Made by a program: the position numbers and the translations under genes. Positions 17,111-36,860 of a DNA stretch of 64,000 bases are shown one piece after another (positions within the stretch are counted from its first letter, which is position 1; the number at the start of each line of letters is the position of its first letter). The notes below the pieces were generated by a model. That model was not told the origin of the DNA and did no database searches. It saw only the letters and a list, made by a program, of their open reading frames with translations. The DNA is from the human T2T-CHM13v2.0 reference genome, Homo sapiens. Where the stretch lies: assembly GCA_009914755.4 (NCBI GenBank), contig CP086569.2, positions 14,560,001-14,624,000 of the forward strand, given 5' to 3'.

Positions 17111-20100
17111 AAAAATTACACAAGCAAAGACTGTTCTGTTTTTGACTGGGTTTATAGTTTTATAACCCATTGCCAAATTTATACACCATATAATATTTGA
17201 CAAGAATAGGCATAAAATCACTTGATTAAAAAATGCAAAAAATGCTGACAATTCTTAAGACATTTCTATTATTACTTCACCAATAATTTTAAAGCCAGCT
17301 ATTTATCAGAATTTTCTGAAGTCATATGCACTTAGATGTGTTTGGGCTTATTATTTACTAAATGTATGAGTACTCCTTAACTCAAGCCAATTTGGTAACT
17401 TGTGGCCACTAAGAACCTAACAGAATACATGTATGTACATGTAAACACGCATGAATATCCATAGAAATTCATAGAAAAATCCTACAGCTTTTATTTCAGA
17501 ACTCTCACCATGAGATACCACAAACTTATCAGTTACAAAAAAAGTTTAAAACAAATGGTGGGTTTTTGCTTTTATCTCAACACTGGTGGAAAAGCAACAG
17601 CAGACTTAACCAGAAGAGAAAGTGGAGAGATAGACACAGAACTTAGAAACTTTCTAGTGGCAGGTTGATCTTCAGGCTCTGAATTTTCCTTGATGTAGTT
17701 TGTCCATCAGTTTAAAATGTGCACAAGAGCAGACCTAATGTGTAAGCAGCTGGAGTGCCAGAAACCCTGGAAGGTCCTCCCATTTACATCACCATTTGAA
17801 GGTACAGGTGCCATAAAACCAAAGGGGGTGCCTGAAAGTGAGTCATTCTCCTGGTCTTTTCTCATTCTTAGATAATTTGTTTTCCAGTTTTTTTCTTAAA
17901 AAGAAGAACTGAGCTGTGTTGTAGGGCTTAGTGTGATGGGTCAAAGTTTGCTGGTTGTGGGTGTGACTCAATAGTGTGTAATGACTGAATCATTTTCACC
18001 CTCTTACATATCTCAGTTTATCTATCCAGAGTTCTAGCACCTTCGAGACAGTCCAAAGCGTATAATGATCAGCTCCTCTCTGTGCCTCCTGGATGAGCCT
18101 TTTTAAACTAAGTTGATGATAGTTCCCTGTAGGGCCACTGCATATCACTGGGGTTCAACCCCACAGACACTCCTTCAATACCTTCAGTCACCAAGGGGCA
18201 ACTTACAGCTGGGAGGAGCAAATGCCCTTGCTCTTCAGAGCTGAGGAAACTCAGTCTCTCATTTACCTGTGAAAACAATAGTTCAGCCCCTCACACAAAT
18301 GTGCACACACGTCAAATTGAGATGAATTTTGGAAGGAAAGGCAATAGAGAAGACTCTTCAGAATGCTTTTCTGAGCTAGAATTAGGATTCTAAACAATAA
18401 CTTCCTAAGAGGGGGAAAAAAGTCTTCGACCACTTTCTGTAAACTCTCCTCAGTCACTCCTAACTTTATAGCTCTTATCTGCCATTACACATGCCAAGGT
18501 CAAATCCTCTCACAGTACAAGATAATCTCTAGCCAAAGAGGCCAGGCAATGTAATACAAGAAAGCAGAGCTTTAGACTTAAGAAGAATCTCCCATGACTC
18601 TTGAAACTTCACCAACATCACCCCAAAAAGAGATAAGTGGAGTTTTGTTCAGAGTTCTTTAAGGTGTTTGAGGCACTAGAAACCTTCTCTAAATTTCTCA
18701 TTTCTCTTAGTATCAAAGATGGCAAAAAGGAAAGGAAGGGAGGAATGAGGTGAAAGAAAAGTAAACAAGAAAGCAGTTCTTTTTTAAGACAAGAAGCAAA
18801 CACGGAGGGTCCAACAGCCTCCCTGTCTGTCAGCTCACCATCACTGGGGCTTGTCAAGGCTGTAAACATCTGAGGGGTTTCTATCCTTGCTGCTGTTTTC
18901 TGGTGATCTCAATTAAAATCAAGATGCAGCATATCCCTCTCAAAACCCTTCAGTTGATACAGTGGCAGATCATGGTGGACAAGAGACAGGACTATATTAA
19001 AGCTCCCTCTCTGGCAGACACAGCAGTGTGTGGAGGGTCACATCATGAATTTTTGCTCCAGAATGACTACAGAAATAATTCAGGAAACCTGGGAGGATCC
19101 ACAGACCCTCTGAAGGAAGTTGATTTCTCCCACAGGACCTGGGAGACACTGAAAATACTGTTTAGTGCCCAAACTCTGGAAGTGAGAAAGTGATACTATC
19201 CACTCCCAAACACACATCCCCACTGGAAAAACTGAAGGTCTAGATACAAGAGAAGATTCTGACCTTACCTGGAACTGAGTCAATTTAGAGGGTAAAGCAA
19301 AATACAGGGGTAAAGGAAGCAGTCAGAAAAGCCCTGTGAACTCAATGAGCCCCCTAACAAACCATTTCTGCCTGCCCTCACAGGAGTCCTTTGAGGGGAT
19401 GGCCAGAGGCACTGCGAAAAGGACACAGGGAGAAAAAAATGTCCAGTTGAACTGTGTAGCAATTTAAATTGACCCAGAAATCTCCTGGCCAGAACTCAGA
19501 GGAGGATGTGAATCTTGTATGCAGACTCCACAGACAGGGGATGAAGGAAAGCAATAATTACTTTCAGAGCTGGGAGGTGGGTAGCCTCAGACAAGTTCTC
19601 AGCCCTACTTGCCCACTGCCTGGAAACAGTCTTGGTGATAATGGGGAAGGCATGGTGGGAGTGAGAGTGGCCCTTTAGATTGCATGGGAGCTGGGTGAGG
19701 CCTGTGACTGCCACCTTTCCCTGACTTTCTTGACAACCTGCATGACAAAGTAGAGACAGCCATGATCCTCCCAGAAATATAACTCCATTCACCTGGGAAC
19801 TTCATCCCCATCCCACACCACAACAGCAGAAAGACCCATCCAAGGAGAATCTGAGCTCAGACACATCTAGCCCTGCCCCCACCCAGTGGTCCTTCTTTAC
19901 TCACCCTGGTAATAGAGGACAAAGGGCATATACTTTAAATGTCTAGGGCTCCACACACCACCTATTCCTCCCCATACTACCACAGCTGATGCTCTCTGGA
20001 AAGGACCACCTCCAGGCAGGAGGCCAATCAGCATAAAAATAATGCATTAAACTACCAAAGCTAAGAACCCTAAAACCCCTGCTACCTTTGCTGAAACAAG

Positions 20101-20929
20101 TGCTGGTATCCATGGCTGAGAGAACCACAGACAATTCACATCCCAGGACTCTAGGCAGACAATGCCTGGTACCAGTGAAGAGCCCAGGAGACTTGCTGGG
20201 TGGCTAGGCATAGAAGAGAGATAACAATCATTAAACTGAGCTCTCAGGAAGCCACATCCATAAGAAAAGGGGGAGAGTAGTACATCAAAGGAACACCCCA
20301 TGGTGCCAAGACCAGCTCAGTCAGGGAGACCCTAACCCACTGGCACTAGAGGAACAAAAGACACACACACAGAAATACACAAGTGTAGAGTGGGAAATCA
20401 GGGGTCTCAGCCTTTAGAGCTGAGAGCCTTGAACAGAGATTTACCCACATATTTGTTGACAGCAAGCCAGTGATAACCATTGTTTCTACAGATTATAGAT
20501 TAACTAAAGGTATTTCTTTTGGGAAATAAAGGGATGGGCCGAAGTAAAGGGATGAGTTTGGCTAGTTATCTGCAGCAGGAACATGTCCTTAAGGCACAGA
20601 TGGCTCATGCTATTGTTTTTGGTTTAAGAATGCCTTTAAGTGATTTTCCACCCTGGGCAGGCCAGTTGTTCCTTGCCCTTATTCCAGTAAGCCCACAACC
20701 TTCCAGCGTGGGCATCATGGCCATCACGAACATATCACAGTGCTGCAGAGATTTTTTTTTTTATGGCCAGTTTTGTGGCCAATTTATGGCCAGATTTGGG
20801 GGCCTATTCTCAACACCATGGGACAGAAGAATCTGAATAACAGCTTTCAGCCCTAGACTCTCTCTGACTGAGCTTACCCAGATAAGAATGAATGAGAAAA
20901 CAAACTCTGATAATATGACAAAACAAGGT

Positions 20930-23900
20930 TATTTAGCACCCCCAAAAATTACAGTAGCTCACTAGCAATGGATCCAAGCCAATAATAAATTCCTGATTTA
21001 CCTGAAAATGAATTCAAGAGGTTAGTTATAAAATTAATCAGGGAGCCACCAGAAGACAAACCCCAATGTAAAGATATAGAAAAATACAAGAAACGAAAGG
21101 AGAAATATTCAATGAAATAGATAGCATAAATTTTAAAAAATAAAAACTTCAAGAAACAACAGATAAACTTATAGAAATGTAAAATGCTTTGGAAAGTCTC
21201 AGTAATAGAATCAAACAAGTAGAAGAAACAAATTTAGAGCTTGAAGACAAGGTATTTGAATTAACCCAATCCAACAAAGACAAAGAAAAAAGAATAAGAC
21301 AATATGAACAAAACTTCCAAGAAGTGTGGGATTATGTTAAATGACTAAACTTAAGAATAACTGGCATTTCTGAGGAAGAAATCTGAAAGTTTGGAAAATA
21401 CATTTGGGGGAATAATTGAGGAAAACTTCCCCAACCTTGTTAGAGACCTAGACATCCAAATACAAGATGAACAAAGAACACTCAGGAAATTCATCACAAT
21501 AAGATCATCAGCCAGACATATTGTTATCAGGTTATCTAAAGTTAAGATGAAGGAAATAATCTAAAGGGCTGTGATATTAAAGCATCACATAACATGTAAA
21601 TGAAAACCTATCAGATTAACAGCAGATTTCTCAGCAGAAACCCTGCAAGCCAGAAGGGATGAGGTCTTATCATCAGCTTTCTTAAACAAAGCAATTAGGA
21701 GTGAAGAATTTTATATGCAGAAAAATTAAACTTCATAAATGAAAGGAAAGGTACAGTGTTTTTCAGATAAACAAATGCTGAGAGAATTCACCACTACCAA
21801 CCCAGCACTATTAAGAACTGCTAAAGGAGGTCTAAATCTCATAACAAATCCTGAAAACACATCAAAACAGGACCTCTTTAAAGCATAAGTCTCACAGGTC
21901 ATATAAAACAAAAATACAATTTAAAAACAATAACAAAAAAGGGGTACCATCAAAAAATAGCACAATGAATGAAATGGTACTGTTGCAGGAATTAAGGGAT
22001 AGGAAAGACCAATGGGTGAAATAGGATTAAAAAAAGCCTAGACCACTTTCTGTAAACTGGAGGATTTATTTAGGTGCACTGGCCCAGTGGATTAACATCC
22101 AGAAGCTGAGCCTCAAACAGAGACAGGGCTTAACTTTTATACATGCAACTGAAGGGGGTTGTTGAACCAGTGGCAGGAAACTTGCAGGCAGTGTGGGCAA
22201 GCAAGCTTACAGAAGCAGAACAAACGCAGTTCATCGAACAGTGACAGGTGCTGCAACTTAGTCATGTCTCATGACCTTCACCATACTGCAGGTGGGAAAA
22301 CAGGAACTTACAAAATCCTTGCAAACTTGCAGAAGTAATTACAAAAATAGTTATGAGAGCAGAACAAAGAATAATGGTATGGGGAGGGATTTCAAAGAGG
22401 GGATACTGATAAGAAAAACTTGTTTTTCTCATCCCTGCTCCTGAAGGCCATTCTTTCTGGGCCTCAGCTCTGCTGATAGTGCTGTCAGAATCCTGCTACA
22501 GTCTTGTTTATCACTGGGCCTTAGAGAGTGAGTTAGCCTAGTATAGAATACTTGTTTTGTTTTGTTTTCTTCTTTTTTACATCTCCTGCTTCAGTATCTC
22601 AATACTATCTCAATACTATCTCAATAGTAACATTAAATGTAAATGGCCTAAATGCTCCAATTTAAAGATACAGAATGGCAGAATGAAGAATTCACTAACC
22701 AACTATCTGCTGCCCTCAAGAGACTCACTTAATACATAATGACTCATAAAAACTTAAGGTAAATGGGTGGAAAAAGACATTTTATGCAAATGGACACCAA
22801 AAGTGAACAGAAGTAGCTATTTTTATATCAGACAAAAAATCTTTACAGCAACAGCAGTGTAAAAAGACAAAGAGGGACATTATATAATAATAAAATCTTT
22901 GTCCTAAAGGAAAATATCACAATCCTAAACATATATGCAGCTAACACTGCAGCTTCCAAATTTGTAAAGCAGTTCCTAATAGACCTAAGAAAAGAGATAG
23001 ACAGCAACACATTAATAGTGGGGGACTTCAATACACCACTGACAGCACTGGCCAGGTCATCAAGAGAGAAGGTTAACAAAGAAACAATGGATTTACACTA
23101 TACCCTGAAACAAATGGACTTAAAAGATATATACAGAACATTCCATTCAACAACTGCAGAATATACATTCTATTCAGCATTGCATGGAACATTCTCCAAG
23201 ATAGACCATATGAGAGGCCACAAAATTGGTCTCAATAAATTTAAGAAAAGTAAAATTATATCAAGCACACTCTCAGAGCACAGTGGAACAAAACTGGAAA
23301 TCAACTCCAAAAGGACCTTCAAAATCATGCAAATACATGGAAATTAAATAGCCTGTTCCTGAATAATCATTGGGTCAAGAATAAAATCAAGATAGAAACT
23401 AAAAAATTTTTGAACTGATCGACACATTGACACAATCTATCAAAACCTCTAGGATACAGCAAAGGTGGTGCTAAGAAAAAATTCATAGCTCTAAATGCCT
23501 ACATCAAAATGTTTAAGGTCAAACCTCAAGGAACTAGAGAAACAACAGCAAACCAAACCCAAACCGAGCAGAAGAAAGGAAATAACTAAGATCAGAGCAG
23601 AACTAAATGAAACTCAAACAAGTGAACAAACAAATAAACAAAAAATAAATAAAACAAAAAGCTGGTTCTTTGATAGACCATTAGCAAGATTAACAAAGAA
23701 AGAAGAATAGAGAAAATCTAAATAAACTCAGTAAGAAATGATACAGGAGATATTACAACTGACACCACAGAAATTCAAAGGATTATTGAAGGCTACCATG
23801 AACACCTTTATGTGCATAAACTAGAAAACCTAGAAGAGACGGATAAATTCCTAAAAAGATACAACCCATCTAGATTAAATCAGGAAGAATTTGATACCTG

Positions 23901-26760
23901 AACATACGAATGACAAATAGTGAGATTTAAATGATAATTTTAAAATTACCAAAACGAAAAATCCAGAACCAGCTGGAATCACAGCAGAATGCTACCACAC
24001 ATTCAAAGAATAATTGGTATCAATCTTATCGACACTATTCCACAAGATAAAGAGGAAACCCTACCTAAATCACTCAATGAATTCAGTATTACCCAAATAC
24101 CAAACCCAGAAAAGTGCATAACCACAAAGAAAACTAGTATCGTTAATGAACCAATATGCATAATAAACATAGGGATAAAGAAGACCAATATCACTAATGA
24201 ATATAGATGCTAAATTTCTTAATAAAATACTAGCTAACCAAATCCAACAATGTATTAAAAAAATCCACCACAATCAAGTGGGTTTCATACCAGTGATGCA
24301 GAGATAGTTTAATGTATGCAAGTCAATAAATGTGATACAACACATAAGCAGAATTAAAATAAAAAAATCACATGATTTTCTCAATAAAGGCAGATAAATC
24401 ATTCCACAAAACTCAGCATCCCTTTATGCTTATAACCCTCAGCAAAATCTCCATACAAGGGACACACCTCAATGTAATAAGAGCCATCTATGATAAACCC
24501 ACAGCCAACGTAATACTGAATGGGGAAAAATTAAAAGCATTCCCTCTGAGAACCGGCATGAGACAAGGATGTCCACTGTCCCCACTCCTCTTCAATGTAG
24601 TACTGGAAGTCCTTGCCAGAGCAATCAGACAAGAGAAAGTAATACAAGGCATGTAAATTGATAAAGAGGAAGTGAAACTGTCACTGTTTGCTGATGATGT
24701 GGTTATTTACCTAGAACACCCTAAAGACTCCTCCAGAAGGTTCCTAGAACTGATAAAAGAATTCAGCAAAATTTCCAAATACAAAACTAATGTACAAAAA
24801 CCACCAGGTCTTCTATGCACCAACAGGAACCAAAATGAGAGTCAAGTCAATAACTCAACCCCTTTTACAATAGCTAGAAAAATAAAATACTTCAGAATAT
24901 ACTTTACCAAGGAGTTGAAAGACCTCTATAAGGGAATCTACAAAACACTACTGAAAAAAATTATAGACAACACAAACAAATGGAAATGTATCCCATGTTC
25001 ATGGATGGGTAGAACCAATACTGTGAAAATAATTATACTGCCTAAAGCAATCTACAAATTCAATGCAATTCCCATCAAAGTACCACCATCATTCATCACA
25101 GAGCTAGAGAAAATAATTCTAAAATCCATATAGAATCAAAAAAGAGCTCACATATCCAAAGCAAGTCTAAGCAAAATAACAAATCTGAAGGCATCACATT
25201 ATCTGATTTCAAACTATACAATAAGGCCATAGTCACCAGAACAGCATGGCACTGGTATAAAAATAGGCACAAAAACCAATGGAAAAAAATACAGAACCCA
25301 GAAATAAACCCAAATGCTTACAGCCAACTGATTTTCTACAAAGCAAGCAAAAACATAAAGTGCAAAAAAGACACCCTTTTAAACAAATGGTGCTGGGATA
25401 ATTGGCTAGACACGTGTAGGAGAATAAAACTGGATCCTCATCTCTTACCTTACACAAAAGTCACTCAAGATGGATTAGGGACTTAAATCTATCATCCAAA
25501 ACTATAAAAAATGTAGGCAATAACATTGTAAAAGCTCTCTAGACATTGGCTTTAGCAAGGATTTCATAACCAAAACCCCACAAGCAAATGCAATTAAAAA
25601 AAGATAAATAGCTGGGACTTAATGAAACTAAAGAACTTTCACACAACAAAAGGAACAGTCAGCAGAGCACACAGACAACTGTGTTGGAGAAACAGACAAC
25701 AGAGTGGGAGAAAATCTTCACAATCTATACATCTAACAAAGAACTAATATCCAGGATCTACCATGAACTCAAACAAATTAGCAAAAAAAACCAATTCCAT
25801 CAAAAAGTGGGCTAAGGACATGAATAGATAATTCTCAAAAGAAAAATATACAAATGGTCAATAACTGCATAAAAAATGCTCAACATCACTAATATTCAGG
25901 GAAATACAAATTAAAATCACAAGGTGATACCACCAAACTCCTGAAAGAATGGCCATAATAAAAAAATAAAAAGAAACAGTTTATCTTGGCATGAATGCAG
26001 TGAACAGGGAACACTTCTATACTGCTGGTGAATATGTAAACTAGCACAAACAGTATGAAAAACAGTGTGGATATTCCTTAAAGAAGTAAAGGTAGAACTG
26101 CCATTTGATCCAGCAATCCCGCTACTGGGTATCTACCCAGATGAAAATAAGTCATTATACAAAAAAGATACTTGGGCATGCATGTTTGTAGCAGTGCAAT
26201 TGGCAATTGCAAAAATGTGGAACAAAACCGAATGCACATCAATCAATGAGAGGATAAAGAAACTGTGATATATATATATACACACACACACATATAAAAA
26301 TATATACATATATAATACATACAAAATATACATATACATATATACACATATGTATATATACATATATACACACGTATATATGTGTATATATATATACTCA
26401 TATATATATATATGAATACTACTTATCCATAAAAAAGAATGAATAAATGGCAACCTGGTTGAGATTGGAATTTGTTATTCTAAGTAAAGTAACTCAGGAA
26501 TGGAAAACCAAACATCATATATTCCCATTCCTAAATGGGAGCTAAGCTATGAGGATACAAAGGTGTAAGAATGACACGGTGGACTTTCAGGACTCAGGGG
26601 AAAATAATAGGAAGCAGGTAAGTGATAAAGGACTAAACATAGGGACAGTGTATACTGCTCAGGTGATGGGTGCATCAAAATCTCACCAATCACCACTAAA
26701 GAACTTACTCATGTAACCAAACATCACCTGTTCCCAAATAATGCATGGAAATAAGAAAAA
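20930..26760 (+). mobile_element. Old L1 (L1PB/L1MA-like), ORF1 and ORF2 remnants; 5' boundary uncertain (may begin as early as ~19800)
   Basis: ORF1-like 21000-21700. ORF2 EN and RT fragments, e.g. 24372-24656 ([50 protein letters not shown]) and 24672-25133 ([38 protein letters not shown], an L1MA/PB-type motif). L1 3'UTR 26440-26760. Confidence 0.8.
26268..26405. repeat. (TA)n/(CA)n/(TATACA)n compound microsatellite inside L1
   Basis: atatatatatacacacacacatataaaaatatatacatatataatacatac... Confidence 0.9.
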
Positions 26761-27133
26761 TGTTTTAAGAAACAAACACAGAAAACAAACGATTTTGTTT
26801 TGTCTTGTTTTGTTTTCCTGCTGCAAGGAATTTTAGCCACTTAAGAAGTCTTGTTCCTCGTAATTTGGAATTCTTATTCAAATTTGACAAAGTCAGGTAG
26901 CGTTGGTCCAGTCCAATAATAGAAAGACTACAACAACAACAAAAACCCAGAAATGTGATTTCTGAGCACTCTAATAATAACAAGAAATTAAGACAAGCTG
27001 GTTCTCAATTTTAAGTTTTAATCATGAAGGAGAATTTCCAAGACACAAACCCAATTTTTCTGTTACTTATCTAGTAATCAAGACTCAAGGCTGCTTTTCC
27101 CATTCTTAGAAGCAGGATAAAATACTCACACTT

Positions 27134-33236
<6,103 letters not shown>

Positions 33237-33825
33237 AAACTCACACTTGTCTTCCTTGTTAAAAATTAACTACAATTCCAGAAAGTGGGTTCCCACTCTC
33301 TATAGTCATGGAAGCAGGAAAACTTTCCTTCCTTCTTGGAAATAAGTAAAACTCCAGAAAAGGAGTTGTACAGGAAAATGAATTTCAGATCTTGACCAAA
33401 TTTTGTGAGATCAGGGATTCTCCAGAGGTGAGGGGTTTTCAGGCCTCAGAAAATTGCCCTACTCATTTGTGCCGTAAGGATAGCTCAAGGTAGTACCAAA
33501 CAGCCATAGAAGGCTTGTCAAATATCAGGGGAGCCTCCACTCGGACAGAATCCCTTTGTGGTTACCAATTGTGAAAACAAAGTATCTGAGACAGATCTCT
33601 ATCAGTTTAGAAAGTTTATTTTGCCCAAGTTAATGACACACCTGTGACATGGCCTTACAACATCCTGATGATATGTGCCCAAGGTGGTTGGGGTAAAGCT
33701 TGCTTTTATGTTTTAGGGAGATATGAGATATCAATCAATATGTGTGGGATATACAGTAGTTTGATCTTGAAAGGTGGGCCAAATTGAAGCAGGGACTTCC
33801 AGTTCCTAGGTAGATTTTAAAATTT

Positions 33826-33939
33826 CTCTCTCTCCCTTTTTTTCCCTTCCTTCCTTCCTCCCTTCCTTCCTTCCTCCCTTCCTTCCTTCCTTCCTTCCTT
33901 CCTTCCTTCCTTCCTTCCTTCCTTCCTTCCTTTTCTTTC

Positions 33940-33994
<55 letters not shown>

Positions 33995-34111
33995 CTCTTT
34001 CTTTCTTTCTTTTTTTCTTTCCTTCTTTCTTTCTCTTTCTTTCTCTCTCTTTCTCTTCTCTTTCTCTTCTCTCTCTCTTCTCTCTCCTCTCTTTTCTCTG
34101 CTCTCTTTTCT

Positions 34112-34147
<36 letters not shown>
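33826..34147. repeat. About 320-bp polypyrimidine compound microsatellite (TTCC)n(TTTC)n(TC)n
   Basis: ccttccttccttcc... then ctttctttcttt... then ctctctctctctctctc. Confidence 0.95.
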
Positions 34148-34149
<2 letters not shown>

Positions 34150-34157
34150 CTAGCAAC

Positions 34158-34232
34158 TCGGATTTGCCATGTTGTCCATGCTGGTCTCAAGAAATTCATC
34201 TACCTCACCCTCTCATGAGCCACTGTGCCCAG
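34158..34232 (-). mobile_element. Alu 5'-fragment (first ~80 nt), abutting the microsatellite
   Basis: ggatttgccatgttgtccatgctggtctcaagaaattcatctacctcaccctctcatgagccactgtgcccagc, the reverse complement of the Alu head. Confidence 0.7.
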
Positions 34233-35892
34233 CTGTTTTCAACATTTTCTGATTGGCAATTGACTCAGAGAGTTACTCTTTAAAGACATCAAATCAATAG
34301 AAAGAAAATATTTGTACTACAATAAGGGATTGTGGAGACCAACATTTTTTCATTCAGATGAGTCCCTAGATAGCAGGCTTCAGAGAGAATAGATTGTAAA
34401 TGTTTCCTATCAGACTTAAGGTCCATGTTGATGATAAATGCTGGTCGGCTTTTCCTGAGTTTCAAAAGGAAGGGGAGGGGTGTATAATGAGGCATGTTTC
34501 TCCCTTCCTTCTCATCATGGCCTGAATTAGAGGTTAGTTTTGGAATGCCCTTGACTGAGAGGAGGAGTCCATTCAGATGACTGGGGGGCTTGGAGTTTTA
34601 ATTTTGAGTTACACAGTTTTAATAAAAGAGAGTACTTTTTCCCACATTTTCATTCTGCAATCTACCCAGAGTTAAGCTAAACTTTATAATTTACTATCAG
34701 TCCTCCAGAAGACTGTGATCACTTCAGATACCAGTCCTTAGTTCAAAGATCCCAAGGGTTGTCTCTGTCTTCTAACCAACTGGCTAAAAATTGGAATGTT
34801 CCCATAACTATGGTGGAGTTCATCAATTTGCTAAAATGACACAGGAACTCAAGACAGTGCAATGCTTACATTTACAGTTTTATTATAGTAAAAGGATAAA
34901 GAGCAGAATTAGCCCAAAGAAGTAATTCACAAGGTGAAGTCTGATAGGGTTCCAGGTGCAACACTTCTGTCATCCTTAGGGATGTGCTATCCTCCCAACA
35001 TGAAAGTGTGCCAATACTCAAGGAGTAATGTCAACCAAGAAGGCTCACCTGAGCTTGGGAGTACCAAGATTTTATTGAGGCCTCACATAGGCATGATTGA
35101 TGAAATCACTGGCCATAGGTTTAAATCTGCAGCTCCCCTTCTCCCCTCCAGAGATTGGGCTTATATCTCACAGCTCAAAGCCCTAACCCTCTAATCAGCC
35201 AGTCCCTATCCTGAGTCATCTCATTAGCATAAACTGTCCAGTGTAAGCCATCTCAGTATTATAAACAATCAGGCCTGGTTCAGGGGGCCCACTAGGAATA
35301 ACAAAGACCCTCCAATCACCTAGGAAATTCCAAGGGTTTAGAAACTACTTCTCAGGAGCTAGAGACAAAGGTCAGCCAAATTCTTCATTACACAAAACCA
35401 AACACAGTGTTCTATCTACAAAAGTAAGGAATTCATGCAAACATAATCATAGAGTGTAAAATATAAAATTCAGACACTAAAATGTCTCATCCTGACTTAA
35501 ACTAATATTGTATCCCTGTCTAGATTAAAAAATAGAAAGATTGATGTCCAATTGTATGTCTAGTCTTTGCAACAAATAATATAAGTAGTAAAAAAAGATA
35601 CACATACACATGCTGGAAAAGCTACTTTCACAAATGAGTAAATTTACATGTTTGTAAGTCAAGCAAATCTGAGAAATCAATTCTTGGATGACAAAAACTA
35701 ACAAAATACACCACCATCACCATCGCTGCAACTACTACAGCAAAAGCAGGTGTGTTATTGTTGGCTTAGCATTAAGAACAATTCCAGTACCAATATATCA
35801 TGTTTTATGGTAAAGGGGCCATGGCACAGAAAGAGTTAAGATCACCTGAATCTCACTGCACCCCTACCCTTCTCCTATCTCCTCATAATCAA

Positions 35893-36860
35893 ACTCTGGG
35901 TAATGAGAAAATGTTTTTTTTTTTTTTTAAATTTTTATTTTCATTTTCCTTCGATTCTTCATTGAAAAGAAATTCATGTAAAATAAAGTTCCACCATTTC
36001 AAAATGGACACTTTAGTGCATTCACAGTATTGTGTAACTACCATTTCTATCTAGTTCAGTTTTTATCACCACCAAAAGGAACTCCAACCTATCAAGCAAT
36101 CACTCTCCTTTCCTCGCTCCTCCAACCCCCTGACAACCACTAATCTAATTTCTGTCTCTCTAGGTTTAATTATTCTTGTAATTTTATGAAAACCGAGTCA
36201 CACAATATGTGGTCTTTTATGTCTGCCTACTTTCACTAGTATAACATGTGTGAGAGTCATACGTGTCATAGGATGTGTTAGAAATTCTTTTTTTTGATAT
36301 GGAGTCTAGCTCTGTCACCCAGCTGGAGTGCAGTGGTGCAATATCTCGGCTCATGGCAACCTCCACCTCTCAGGTTCCAATTGTCCGCCTCAGCCTCCCT
36401 AGTAGTGTTCACATGGGATTACAGGCACCCACCACAATGCCCAGCTAATTTTTGTAATTTTACTAGAAACAGGGTTTCACCATGTTGGCCAGGCTGGTCT
36501 TGAACTCCTGAGTGACCTCAGGTAATCCACCCACCTCAAGCCTCCCAAAGTGTTGGGATTACAGATGTGAGCCATCACAACCAGCCAGAACATCATTCCT
36601 TTTCGTGGCTGAATAATATTCCATAATATAGATATGTTACAACCTATTTGTCCATTCATACATTAATGGACATTTGGGTTATTTCCAGTTTTTGGCTGTT
36701 GTCAATAATGCCACCATGATGAAGTGAACAAGTATATTTGAATAATTGCTTTCAATTATTTTGGGTATGTACTTAAGGGTGAAATCACTGGCATTTTATC
36801 CTTATTCTTTGCAATATTGGTAGAATTGGTGGAAATTGTGCCTATTATTTCTATGTTAGG
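35893..36860 (-). mobile_element. Old L1 (L1M/L1P-type) 3'-end fragment, antisense, interrupted by an Alu
   Basis: A poly-T at 35916-35931 is the reverse-complement tail. Antisense of the L1 ORF2 C-terminus/3'UTR: ttcgtggctgaataatattccataatatagatatgttacaacctatttgtccattcatacattaatggacatttgggttatttcc. Confidence 0.7.
36288..36586 (-). mobile_element. Alu (minus strand) inside the antisense L1 fragment
   Basis: ttttttttgatatggagtctagctctgtcacccagctggagtgcagtgg ... cccaaagtgttgggattacagatgtgagccatcacaaccagcc. Confidence 0.9.

Noticed and set aside
17430-17600. Possible ancient L1 ORF2 fragment (…TMRYHKLISYKKS… resembling L1 [16 protein letters not shown])
   Set aside because: The similarity is too short and weak to call without a database alignment.
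26133-26453. 106-aa minus-strand ORF rich in Tyr/Ile/His
   Set aside because: It is a translation of the (TA/CA)n microsatellite inside the old L1.
33735-34199. 154-aa and 116-aa minus-strand ORFs encoding poly-(Arg/Lys/Glu) protein
   Set aside because: They are a translation of the (TTCC/TTTC/TC)n microsatellite (33826-34147), not a gene.
34650-35400. Region reminiscent of an old MaLR/MLT-type LTR (…tttattgaggcctcacataggcatgattgatgaaatcactggccataggtttaaatctgcagctcccc…)
   Set aside because: The similarity is only impressionistic. I could not anchor it to a consensus, so it is not listed as a feature.
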